Shown: piece after piece, positions 35,693 to 45,675 of the stretch
Layout of the letters: the number at the start of each line of letters is the position of its first letter
Numbering within the stretch: position 1 is the first letter of the stretch
IMG/VR virus record: IMGVR_UViG_3300010397_000042
Coordinates: 1-64,000 of that record
DNA length: 64,000 nt
From: a virus
Reading direction: 5' to 3' (one strand)
The notes under the pieces: model-generated
What the model was told of the DNA's origin: nothing
Databases searched by the model: none
Seen by the model: the letters and a program-made list of their open reading frames with translations, nothing else
Made by a program: the position numbers and the translations under genes

Positions 35693-37323
35693 AGCTGCGC
35701 CCTTATCCTCCGTCGCTCAGTGCTCTGATGGCACACTCGACATCGCAGACGGATCGGATCAACTCACGAGTCGCCAAGTCGAGATCGATGTCCTCGTATG
35801 TTCGCTGAGATTCAGCGTGCACGAGCGAGTGCGCACCGCGGAGCAGTGTGCAAGCCTGCTTTGCCAGTTCAACGGCCGCATCGATATTCGTCTTCGCGTT
35901 CTTCTCGATACTGTTCAACATAGCTGCGCCTCCTAACTCCGTCGCTCCTGGTAACCCAACCGCCCGTCTTCCACACCAGCCTCGTAAGCCTCGCGAAGCT
36001 TGGCCTCGACGTGCTGGCGGTACTTCTCGATACGGGAGGGCCACTGACACCCGCTCGGTACTCCGGGGTGACATCCGACGAGCCATCTTGATTCTAATCT
36101 GAAGTCCATGATCTTCCTTCTCTCAGCTACGCTCCTAACATCCGTGACTTTTCACCCAACGAACGATCGCGGCATTCGAGACGGTCCACCATCGCCGCTT
36201 CTTTTCCGGATCGAAGAATTCGGTCACAAGACGAACCACTCCCGTCTTGGTTGAGCAGCAGTACAGAGGCGCTCCCAAGGTCTTGGGGTAATGCTTTTGC
36301 TCGCACTTCTTACACTGGACTTCCAACATCCTGACTTCCCTCATCGCACCTACGGAGTGGCGCTCCGTGGGTTATCGACAACCCTGACAACCCCGCGGTG
36401 TTGTGCACTCGGATGACGGATGTGTAAAATCGAGTGGTTTTGGTGTGACTGCGTCTCTACGGCGATCCAGTGCTTCATGAAATGCGGCGTTCTTCGCTGC
36501 CTCGATCAGAAGCGCTAGCGCTGATTCGCAAGCCGTTTTCAGGTAGACCTGAGAACATCGTTCGGCTTGTCCTGCCATTTTAGAGATGGTGTCGGACAGT
36601 TCGAGAATCTCGTCGGTTGTTATTTTTTGTTGTTTCATGTTCAAATCCAGATCGCAAACCACTTACAGCTGATTACTAGGTAGACTCGAGATAGCTCGCC
36701 CCATTCAACGTAACCCCAGCTGATAGGACCCAGGCTTCCGCAGGAGCCTCGAAGGACGCAGCAATCTACCGGTACGTAAACGAACGGCTTTCCCTTCTCG
36801 TAGTCGAGATCGGTGTGGACCTGCCGGTAGGGAGGTCCCGCGATCGATGTTCCGCGACTACCGCTCATGACCGCGTGCTCCGAGCAGATATCGAATTTCC
36901 TCGGATCGGGCTTTCTTGCCAGCCTCGTAGGCTCGCGCGAGCATGCGGAGGATGGTTTCATGCTCGAAAAGCCGGGTAGGGTGAAGGTGAACTCCGGGAG
37001 AACAACCGTGATATCCAAGTCCGGGACCCCGAAATTCGTACTCTGTACCGATCGCGGTTTCATGTTCTTTTGCTGAATACGTCATAGATAGCTCTTGAGC
37101 CAACCCACGGTGTTTTTCCAACGATACATCTCAGTCATGTCTTCGTGATTGTCGTCTTCCTCAAACAACTTCTTCGAATCGCGATAATACTTAGAAGCAT
37201 CCGCGATTAGTAATTTGAGAAACGCCTGCTCTGCAGGTATCGCCTTGTAGCGAATTGCGCGTCGGGACTCATTTTTCATGCTGCTTCACCCATGGGACTA
37301 GATGTCGTGTTTTTGGAGCATGG

Positions 37324-37698
37324 TCATCCGCGCCACCCAGGTCTAATCGTGATCGAAACGTGGTTTGGTGCATAATTGTTGAGCAGTTTGAACATGTCGT
37401 TTCGGCCAACCGGATTCATCGTGTGAAGGATGATCTCCTCTGGCCACACATCGTTTTCGACCATCCAAAGCGCGACGTCGTAACCGGTAGGCTCTTTCAG
37501 CATCGGTCGAATGTCTTCGTATCCGTAGAGGTCAACATGGTCGAATAGGGCTTGATCGTAATGCTCCTCGGCTAGGTCGTGATCGAGTGAGATCGCTTCC
37601 ACGTCGCCGATTCTGAGTTGCTCGATCGCGCCAGCAGCGGTGTAAACACGCTCCCAACCGAACGGAGCCGGTCGGACATCATCCAAGTAGACTTTCAT
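37324..37698 (-). CDS. Cyclic-phosphate-processing receiver-like domain protein
   Basis: KVYLDDVRPAP.GW, ISLDHDL, TGYDV..W, HTMNPVG. Confidence 0.8.
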   Translation of the reverse strand: MKVYLDDVRPAPFGWERVYTAAGAIEQLRIGDVEAISLDHDLAEEHYDQALFDHVDLYGYEDIRPMLKEPTGYDVALWMVENDVWPEEIILHTMNPVGRNDMFKLLNNYAPNHVSITIRPGWRG

Positions 37699-37900
37699 GA
37701 TTCGAGGGGCACCAAGCGAGAATAGGCGCCGAGAATTATTGGGTCGTGCTCACCGCCATTTTTGGCGTCGTACTTCAGGTGATCGTCACCCTCGCAGTGT
37801 ACAAATCCTTTGGACACCTTGGCGATCGTGACGATCGAAGCCGTCTCGATGCCGGCGATCGAGAACAACTTCACAACCTTCTGACCCTTCTTGAACTTCT

Positions 37901-38998
37901 TCATGCTGCCCAACCTTCTCCCCATAGGGTTTCAATCTGACCAAACCACTCCGCGTACATCGGTCTAACCGCATCTAGGCTGAAGTTCCGATTTGCGTAA
38001 TCGGCAATTCGTTGCCTATCCAAGCCCATCGCCTCAATCACGGCTTGGCATCCTTGTTGTAGGGTCCGGAAGCGACGTCCAACCTGATGATTGATCGTTT
38101 CCGTAAACGCACCCCAATCGCTGGCGACCACGGGGCAACCCGCCATCATCGCTTCGATGGCGACACCGCCGAATGGCTCGACATACAAGGTCGGCATGAG
38201 AACGCACGCGGCATTGCGTAGGAGCTGAGCTCGCTCGTGCTTGCTCGTAATCTCCCCCAGGTAGCGCACGTTGCCCTCAATGGTGCAACCGTCGCCCTGG
38301 ATCGGTCCAAGGGCCTTCTGAGAGCCCCCAGGCCCGGCAATGAGTAGTTTCATTCCCAAGCGGGCAGCGATCTGACCTGCGATGTGAGGTCCCTTCCGAA
38401 CGGTTACCCTGCCCAGGTAGAGTAGGTAGGAGTCAGGGTTATCGTTGACCGGTAGGAAATCTGCAGGGTCGAAGTAGTTGGGAATCACCTGATCGTAGGC
38501 ACGACCGTTTCGCCACTTGTTCAGACCGTAGACGTGGTGCATCCACGAATAGCTCTCAAAGGCGCATGCGTTGGTGTAGATCCCCTCGTAACCGACACCC
38601 CACTCGACGGGATAGAGCAACGGAACGGCATCCGAGATCGGTTTCTGCGCGTTACCCCCAATAATAAGGAGGAGATCACGAGTCTGAGCTCGTGCTTGCA
38701 ACGCCGGGATCGCGCGAGACGCGAACAGCTGCCAGTAAGACATGTTCGAATCCCATACGAGCGGTGTCGAAACGGTGTTGAATCCGGGACCGAAGTGGAA
38801 GGTTCGTTCGCCTTCCGAGATGCACTCCACATGCTCCGCGTAACCCGAGGTACCGGAAACGTCAGCGCCCGCATAAAGGATAATGGGATAGGAGTTACCC
38901 ATCATCTTGCAGAATTTCGCCACTTTCTGGGTGTATGCGCAGCTTAGGAAGCTTTCTGCAACCTGGGTATGCGGGAGAGCCAATAAGTGAAGTTTCAT
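37901..38998 (-). CDS. Glycosyltransferase (GT-B, GT4-like)
   Basis: VIPNY, YLGRV..RKG, EPFGGVAIEAMMAGCPVV. Confidence 0.9.
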   Translation of the reverse strand: MKLHLLALPHTQVAESFLSCAYTQKVAKFCKMMGNSYPIILYAGADVSGTSGYAEHVECISEGERTFHFGPGFNTVSTPLVWDSNMSYWQLFASRAIPALQARAQTRDLLLIIGGNAQKPISDAVPLLYPVEWGVGYEGIYTNACAFESYSWMHHVYGLNKWRNGRAYDQVIPNYFDPADFLPVNDNPDSYLLYLGRVTVRKGPHIAGQIAARLGMKLLIAGPGGSQKALGPIQGDGCTIEGNVRYLGEITSKHERAQLLRNAACVLMPTLYVEPFGGVAIEAMMAGCPVVASDWGAFTETINHQVGRRFRTLQQGCQAVIEAMGLDRQRIADYANRNFSLDAVRPMYAEWFGQIETLWGEGWAA

Positions 38999-39003
38999 GA
39001 CGT

Positions 39004-39032
39004 ACTATAGCACGTTATTCAGAGTGTGTCAA
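39004..39032 (-). promoter_or_regulatory. Phage promoter motif copy (leaderless GT gene)
   Basis: TTGACA-CACTCTGAA...GC-TATAGT, ATG 5 nt later. Confidence 0.8.
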
Positions 39033-39201
39033 GCCGCGGCACGAAGTTTTGAGATTTCGTTCAGTTGCTTGTGGGCTAGGTCGCGGTAACGGCGCGATGC
39101 CGTTCCGTTGTTCTTGCCTTGATGGTAGGAGTGTTTTGATCCGCTGTACCAAAGGTGCAGTCGGATCGCTTCGCGGTATTGTTCGATGTAGTATGTTTCG
39201 G

Positions 39202-39663
39202 TCATTGTTCTAATAGGTACTGTAATGCGAGTCTTATCGGTTCGGGCATGTCTGGAAACTGTTCGCTGTTTACGAGCTGTAAGATCTGACGGTCCGGGAT
39301 GGTTTGCTTGATGCGTTTCAGGGTAGATGCGTTTGCTTTCGCGGCGTGCTCAGGCTTGCCGCCGTCTCTGAGCTCGCGTTGTATGGCCTCCCCTAGGATG
39401 AGTAGGGGGCGCACGTTCTTAGCGAGCGGTCTAGGCACGTCTGGGTTGTCCAGAGGGTTGTCTAGACCTTCAGTGTTACAGAATATTTCGAGTTTTTCGA
39501 GAGCATCATCGGGAAAGGATGCATGTCCGCGAATGGCCTTGGTGAATCCGGAAGTAGGAACGTTCGTCTCAGTCATCATGTCTAGGATCTCAGCTAATCC
39601 CTTAGCGGATCCAGCTGCACGGATAACCGGTAACCACGCGGGATGAACCCCAAGCTTTCTCAT
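39202..39663 (-). CDS. Possible Cro/XRE-like regulator
   Basis: N-terminal AAGSAKGLAEIL resembles an HTH start; weak similarity. Confidence 0.35.
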   Translation of the reverse strand: MRKLGVHPAWLPVIRAAGSAKGLAEILDMMTETNVPTSGFTKAIRGHASFPDDALEKLEIFCNTEGLDNPLDNPDVPRPLAKNVRPLLILGEAIQRELRDGGKPEHAAKANASTLKRIKQTIPDRQILQLVNSEQFPDMPEPIRLALQYLLEQ

Positions 39664-40190
39664 TTGGATCGGAGTATAGCAATCGCGATGCCGATCAGCA
39701 AAGCGAGGGTCATAGCAGCGTCTCCTTTGGTTGTTTCCGTCCCCCTCCGTACACCCAAGTGAACGACCAGAAACGGGTTGGGGTTTCGATGGCGATCGAG
39801 CGTGTATCGAGCAATCCTGCTTCGCCTGGCCAGTAGGATAGGAACGTACTACCTAGGCCGATCCAATAGTATGGTGATCCATGTTTCTCTCCTCGTCCCC
39901 AGTTCATGCGATGGGCCTCCCTTCATCGTCGAACAACTCAGGGATCGGGAGCATGTCGACTAACTCACCTAATACCGTTTCGATTATTTCTCGGGCGCCT
40001 AAGGGCGGGTTATGGTGCCACTGGATCGACTCGACCAGACGTCGCCTAGCCTGTTCCGGGTTGAGTCCGTCGAGTAGCGTTCCCTTCCCGTCAACCGAGG
40101 CGAGAGTGTAGTAACAACCCCCTAGTTGATCGTTGGCTTCTACCTCAGCGGTGCCCCACGCGTTGATGGTAACTCGGATACTAAATGCCA

Positions 40191-40496
40191 TTATTGTCCC
40201 CTATGTCGTTTGAACCATTCACAATAGTCGTTTAGTGACATCGAACTGTAATAACTCGGTATGTGCAGCTCGACCGCGATCACGCAATCGTGATAATTCC
40301 AGTTGACGGCGCACATTTCGAGCTCATAGGTGAACGAGCGTTCGAATCCGAGAGGTCCGTCCGGTTTCTCGAATCGGAATACGATCCGGTCCCCTTCGCG
40401 TGGCACGTGATCGACCAAATAATCACGTACCTTGTAGTTGAGATCCCGGACGTCGAGTTTCGCCTCGTCTAGGTTGGTGTGGAATGTGAGCTTCAT
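40191..40496 (-). CDS. Hypothetical protein
   Basis: 101 aa, coupled ORF. Confidence 0.55.
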   Translation of the reverse strand: MKLTFHTNLDEAKLDVRDLNYKVRDYLVDHVPREGDRIVFRFEKPDGPLGFERSFTYELEMCAVNWNYHDCVIAVELHIPSYYSSMSLNDYCEWFKRHRGQ

Positions 40497-40979
40497 TACT
40501 TGCGCATCTCCTTACTCCAGCTACAGGAATCGAGCGCATAGCTCGCGGCCATGCGTGCACGTTGGCAGGCAGCACGGTGCATTGGTCCGCCGTGGAAGAT
40601 GGCTAGATCGTCTGCCGATACGCTTACGCATATGCAAACTTCGGTAGAGGTGCTAATCATTTCCACGTAGGCCGCAGGCACTGCAATTAGAACCGCATCA
40701 CGGATCTCTTGTGCGGATCTCTCGGCTAGGGCGCGATCGGCGACCGTACACAATCCGTAGATCCGAACTAAACAACCGTAACGATCACGCGTCCAGGAAC
40801 AGCCTTTCATTCTGCACCTACGATGTGGAAACCTTCGGCAGCAAGTTCGTTTAGGAGTGTGTCACGGTCGCGACGTCATCGGAGCGAATCGCCTGTTTCC
40901 GCGTGATAGGCCTCCCAAACGTGATTTGGAATGGCGCTTGGGGTTCGAAGCTTCTTGACGATAACGGAAGGTTTAGAGC

Positions 40980-41234
40980 TCATTCGGGTAGGTCCGGCGG
41001 GAATTCGCATCTCAGGATGTAATGACGTTTGATGATGAGATCGTGTTCAGTTTGGGCTTCGCTCTGCGATTGGTCGTTCTGTAGACACCCGATGTAGATG
41101 CGTTCGGCGTAGTTGTGGAGTGCTTTATAAGCATCCGAGTAATATGTGTATGGTCCGGCTTTGATCCCACCGTGATGGCCATCGGAGATCACCCAACGGC
41201 CAACCCATTCGAGGATGATGAATCGATCTCTCAC
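40980..41234 (-). CDS. Hypothetical protein (paralog of 41479-41739)
   Basis: W.G.WV..D..HGGI..GPY shared. Confidence 0.65.
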   Translation of the reverse strand: MRDRFIILEWVGRWVISDGHHGGIKAGPYTYYSDAYKALHNYAERIYIGCLQNDQSQSEAQTEHDLIIKRHYILRCEFPPDLPE

Positions 41235-41478
41235 GACTGAGCCTCGACGATGCTGTTCTCGAGAGCATCCGAAACGCGGTGGAGTTGCGTCATACCCTTT
41301 TCCAGGATCTGGGTTAGCTTGGGGTTGAGGGCTGGCTTGACCTCAGTGAGGAGGGTCAAGGCGCGTTCAATGTTGCGGTGGGCTTCTTCCTCAACGTCAA
41401 GGTAATCCTTATCGTCGGTCGTATCGTTGTCGTCGTATTCGTAGTACGACGGGACTTCCAGCTTGTAATGATCGTAAC

Positions 41479-41739
41479 TCATGGTTCCTCTTCTGGAGTG
41501 TAGGTGGGCCAATCGAGTCGAATGATGGTGTGGTAGGCTAGGAAGATCCGTTTCTCGCGTGCTGCGAATTCGGGGGTATGTCCGTCTCGGATCCAACCTT
41601 CCTCGATCGCACGTGCGACGGCTTGTAGGTGATCGTTAGCGGTTCCCCAATGCTGGTATGGTCCTGGATCGATTCCGCCATGGTCGTGATCGGGAAGCAC
41701 CCAATCACCATTCCAGGCCACTATGAGCCAACGAGTCAT
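41479..41739 (-). CDS. Hypothetical protein (paralog of 40980-41234)
   Basis: W.G.WV..D..HGGI..GPY shared. Confidence 0.65.
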   Translation of the reverse strand: MTRWLIVAWNGDWVLPDHDHGGIDPGPYQHWGTANDHLQAVARAIEEGWIRDGHTPEFAAREKRIFLAYHTIIRLDWPTYTPEEEP

Positions 41740-41808
41740 CGGATGAGGCCCAAGGTGAGTGCTAGTTGCAGACCGACCGAGACGAGCCAGCTGAGGTAGG
41801 CGAGCACG

Positions 41809-42270
41809 TTACGCATTGCTGTCCTCCTCATTCGCGAGATGTACGTACCATGCGTTCAAAATGACCCCGGCAACTTGCTCGATCGCACATACCTGAATTA
41901 TTTGAATGTGATCCGTAATGTGCGAGCCCGTAGGTGTTTTGGATGGCTCGTAATATCCACTAGCGTTGTCTTCCGCATCGGTAAATAGCGGTGTACGGTG
42001 CATGTCGAGGCCCCACTGCCAGAGATCGTGGGAGTCAATGTCCTTCCGCGTTTCGGCGTAGCCTTGTAGATCGTCGATCACTTCTAGATCCCCTTCGTCA
42101 ATTGCCTCGCATGCGGCCTGGCATTCCGAGTAGATCCAATTTTGGGGTAGCGCACCATCATGGGCGTCTAGAACGGCTTTCATGAGCCAATCGGGACGAT
42201 TGACCGTCAAGCCCCAGTAGAATTCCCCGTTACCCTTCGAGTGCTTCATCCAGAAATTTGCGAGCTTCAT
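41809..42270 (-). CDS. Acidic Ocr-like anti-restriction candidate
   Basis: PDWL..AV.DAH...LP.NWIY...DID..DL.QW; D/E-rich; early region. Confidence 0.45.
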   Translation of the reverse strand: MKLANFWMKHSKGNGEFYWGLTVNRPDWLMKAVLDAHDGALPQNWIYSECQAACEAIDEGDLEVIDDLQGYAETRKDIDSHDLWQWGLDMHRTPLFTDAEDNASGYYEPSKTPTGSHITDHIQIIQVCAIEQVAGVILNAWYVHLANEEDSNA

Positions 42271-42271
42271 G

Positions 42272-42314
42272 ATCACCTAAAGCCCGCATCCCACGTGGGA
42301 GCGAGCTAGGTGAT
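42272..42314 (-). promoter_or_regulatory. Conserved start-proximal RNA hairpin, copy 1
   Basis: ATCACCTAGCTCGCTCCCACGTGGGATGCGGGCTTTAGGTGAT-CATG. Confidence 0.65.
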
Positions 42315-42316
42315 AC

Positions 42317-42547
42317 TTAGCGCCAGCTTGATTCTTGCGCGCCTTCAATACGACTGAGGTTTACGCAAACCTCCCAATCGTCACTAGGTTCGCGTGCCAA
42401 CAACAGATCACCGATCCCGTATCGGTTCGGTAACTCACGCACTACGAACCACTCTCCTTCGAATCCGTCCGGACCGAAGCGACCCGATCCGTTGTAGCGA
42501 GACAGGACAGTGACCTTCAAGCCCTTTTCGTATCGTTCCGTCTTCAT
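42317..42547 (-). CDS. Hypothetical protein (leaderless)
   Basis: ATG 6 nt after the -10 of the promoter at 42554-42582. Confidence 0.6.
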   Translation of the reverse strand: MKTERYEKGLKVTVLSRYNGSGRFGPDGFEGEWFVVRELPNRYGIGDLLLAREPSDDWEVCVNLSRIEGAQESSWR

Positions 42548-42578
42548 ACCTAGACTATAGCTCGGACCTCAGAGTCTG

Positions 42579-43049
42579 TCAACCGAGACACGAACGAAAT
42601 TTCATTTTTTCTGCAGTGACCACCAAGTGGTCAAGCATCGGGAGGCCCACGAGGTTAGCTGCAATGCCGATCGCGGCGGTGGTTTCGAGATCCTGGCGTG
42701 ATGGTGTGGGATCGTTGTTGGGGTGGTTGTGGATGAGAACGAACGCATCCGCGTGACCGATGAGAACAGCACGCAAGATATCCGGCACTTTCAGACTCGC
42801 CGAATGCGCTCCACCTTGGGAGAGCGTTGTAATGTTCGTGATGTCACCTCCCGAGTTGATGAGGATCGCGATCATGTATTCGATCGGCATGTGGCCAATG
42901 AGCTTGTGTCCGATGAGTGCAGCCTGAGCCGGATCGGAACACCTATCGATAGGGAGCGAAATGGTCTTCTCTTTGACCATTCGCAGGCCGACTTGCTTGA
43001 TCTTGTACGATTTCGTGCCAGCCAAAGATCCAACGTATTGGGAGTTCAT
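42579..43049 (-). CDS. RadC-like JAB domain protein
   Basis: E, HNHP...PTPSRQD, LDHLVV. Confidence 0.9.
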   Translation of the reverse strand: MNSQYVGSLAGTKSYKIKQVGLRMVKEKTISLPIDRCSDPAQAALIGHKLIGHMPIEYMIAILINSGGDITNITTLSQGGAHSASLKVPDILRAVLIGHADAFVLIHNHPNNDPTPSRQDLETTAAIGIAANLVGLPMLDHLVVTAEKMKFRSCLG

Positions 43050-43147
43050 GTGTGTCTGATACCTCGTGGAAAACGCCAGCGTGTGGCCATTGTTCGATTA
43101 GAACGAATCGTGATTGCGGTGGGAAATTGTAGTGGTCGTGATTGAGC

Positions 43148-43456
43148 CTAAAGTGTGAGTGTGACATGTTGGGTGGAAACTACCTTCCCAGATCTAGAGT
43201 ATTCGCGCACGATGGCTGATATCTGAGTGTCGCCACGTTCGCGGGCAACGGTTAGACGATGTCTGCCGTCGGTCAAGATCGGCGCTTTGCCGGGCCACAC
43301 TTCGACTACGATCGGGCGCATGGCTTTCCCGGATGCTCGTTCCCCTCGCACGATATCCAGGCTTTCTGGACGCATTCCCGAGTAGTCGATAGTTACCTCA
43401 CGAATAGATGTCACCCGTGATTGTGGTGTGCTCGCGCTCGATCCTCTGCCGCCCAT
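43148..43456 (-). CDS. ParB/Srx-like nuclease domain protein
   Basis: MGGRG start; PIVV...LTDGRHRL..A...G. Confidence 0.75.
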   Translation of the reverse strand: MGGRGSSASTPQSRVTSIREVTIDYSGMRPESLDIVRGERASGKAMRPIVVEVWPGKAPILTDGRHRLTVARERGDTQISAIVREYSRSGKVVSTQHVTLTL

Positions 43457-44081
43457 GATGTAACCTCTCAACGTGTAGTGATGGGTAATACGTAACGTGT
43501 GGTGCTAGCCATTCGGGTAGCTTGCCCCCAATGCATACGATGCGTGTGGGGTGGAGTGCTGCGCGCATTGCCTCGAAACCCTCGCGATACTCGACAGGGT
43601 TGCGGCTCGCGCCATAGGCGGAAATCGCGATCGTGGAGTCTTGTGGGAGCCCTAGAAAGCAGTATTTCCAGCTTTCAGGATCCGCCCACGAGACCGAAGG
43701 GATAACGTGGGCTCCACGTACCTGTAATGCACGCGCGAGCCAACGTGAGCGGAATACCTGCCATTGCTTCGCAGCTAGAGGCCATTCCGGATAGATCGAA
43801 AAATCTGGACTGCAGATAATACGATCGTTGATCTTATATCGATCGGGAGAGCGCCAAAGTGGCTCGAATCGATAATCATCTGTAAAACAGTGGATGCCCT
43901 CGAGAGGAGTAGCGCGCTTTCGGTCGGGCCAAGCATGCCAACGATTTGGGAGTGTATCATCGTACCTCAAAACGTAGGGGATACCTAATAGATTGTCGCT
44001 CGCGTAGTATTCGCGTAGGTTTAGCGGATCGAAGCGCGCGGTACGTTGGTCAGTATTGATTCTGCGAAGCGGATTAGTCAT
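43398..44081 (-). CDS. DUF4417-like protein
   Basis: IHCFTDDYRFE.LW..P, SPDFSIY, RSRW, VIPSVSW, CF.GLP. Confidence 0.8.
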   Translation of the reverse strand: MTNPLRRINTDQRTARFDPLNLREYYASDNLLGIPYVLRYDDTLPNRWHAWPDRKRATPLEGIHCFTDDYRFEPLWRSPDRYKINDRIICSPDFSIYPEWPLAAKQWQVFRSRWLARALQVRGAHVIPSVSWADPESWKYCFLGLPQDSTIAISAYGASRNPVEYREGFEAMRAALHPTRIVCIGGKLPEWLAPHVTYYPSLHVERLHHGRQRIEREHTTITGDIYS

Positions 44082-44575
44082 CGGGTTGCCCCGTTCGGTA
44101 GCAGCCATCGAGTGTGCAACCCTCGTGACGTGCTTCCAACGCGTGCTCTTCGCAGGCGTACCATTCGGGGTAGTGACGTTGGGAGATCTCAGCTACGGCA
44201 GGCTTACCGCACGGCACGTAGGTGACGTGGGAACCGCAGTCTTCGTAGGGATCGGTTAGGTTGCGTTGACATGTGTTCATGATTCCTCTATCAAATCAGC
44301 CCAATCGATTCCTTCGTGGATCAGTTGGGCCGTTTGGGGTTCAAGAATAGTGATCGCATCGAGTAGCAGACCGATAGGACCGCGCGAGTCGACCTTGTGA
44401 CCACTATATAACCATACGATCTTGAGAAGAGTTTGCACCGCGTCATACCGAATCGATGCATTAGTTATTAGTTCGGTCTCGGTCGCCTTCACACGCGCTG
44501 CTAACTCGCGTACCGCTTTCCTACGATCCACGTCACTAAAGGCGTGGACCATGCATAAAACTTCGTCCGATAGAC

Positions 44576-45373
44576 TCATGATGCCGCCTTTACTTGGTTG
44601 ATACGTTCGGCGATCCAGCGCGTTGGTTCCTTTACGATCGTGTCCGTGAGGTAGACCTCAGGGACGAGCACGTCGGTTGGGAGCATTTCGGTAACCTTGC
44701 GTAGGTAGTTGCGATATTGCTCGGTACCCATCGCGTGATATGAACGAGGCCATGCGCCATAGAAGCCGTATTTCTCAGCGTGGCCGTAGCAGACGTTGCG
44801 GGAGAATGACGGATGTGCGAGCGCGAATGCGGCCGACGAGATGTCCAAGGGTTTGGACTCGACGCGGATAACCTGAAACAGATCCCCGTCATCTCCGCCA
44901 TTGGTGCAGCACATGAGGAACAGATCAACGCCTACTTGGTTGCGCTGGAGCTGTTCCAGGAATCCGAGGATCGTGATCCCGCGCTTCAGCATGACGGATG
45001 CGTCGATGCCAGCTGAGCACGTCATGTCCACGTAGACCGAGACGTGACGTGTGACTTGCTCGGTTCGCTTGCGCTGGCGCATGCACATGGGATTACCCGC
45101 GAGGTATGCAGGCACGCATACGCGCGAGCCGGCGACCGAGGGCATGAACGCGAGCTTCAGAGTCTCGTCACATTCGATGTCCAAGTTTTCGAGGGCTTTC
45201 ATTGCTTTCGAGGCGATTTCGATGTCACCCGAAAGGGCGCGCTTACGTGCCTCAGGACCTCGCACATTGAGATCCCACTGAGTGCTAGAACAGCCCTCGA
45301 TTTGGTCCCACGTGCTGCTTTTCTTGCTGGCTTCGAGAAATTCGGCGACGGAATCGAAACGGAGGATCGTCAT
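44576..45373 (-). CDS. vWA/CobT-like partner of the AAA ATPase
   Basis: VAG...VPAYLAG.P.CM, DMTCSAG MIDAS-like motif, AHPSFSR. Confidence 0.65.
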   Translation of the reverse strand: MTILRFDSVAEFLEASKKSSTWDQIEGCSSTQWDLNVRGPEARKRALSGDIEIASKAMKALENLDIECDETLKLAFMPSVAGSRVCVPAYLAGNPMCMRQRKRTEQVTRHVSVYVDMTCSAGIDASVMLKRGITILGFLEQLQRNQVGVDLFLMCCTNGGDDGDLFQVIRVESKPLDISSAAFALAHPSFSRNVCYGHAEKYGFYGAWPRSYHAMGTEQYRNYLRKVTEMLPTDVLVPEVYLTDTIVKEPTRWIAERINQVKAAS

Positions 45374-45614
45374 GGTTTAGGTGTAGCTCGATTCTGAGAG
45401 TATGTCAAACGGTTTTTTGAGAGCGCGCGCCATATCTCGCGCTTCCCACCGTGTGCCGTAGTACCAGAACGATGGGGCCTCCATTTGCGACGATTGCCAC
45501 TGCACGCACCATGCATGCTTGCCGCGTTCGATGTAGCTGCGGTGCGTACGGCTATCCGTGAGAAGGATCCCCCAATGGGATCGTGGATTGATCTTGCGAA
45601 CAATAGCTTTCATG

Positions 45615-45658
45615 ATCGCCGAAAGCCCGCGATCCGTTAGGATGCAAGCTAGGGCGAT
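45615..45658 (-). promoter_or_regulatory. Conserved start-proximal RNA hairpin, copy 2
   Basis: ATCGCCCTAGCTTGCATCCTAACGGATCGCGGGCTTTCGGCGAT-CATG. Confidence 0.65.
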
Positions 45659-45675
45659 AATATCCGAGTGTGTCG

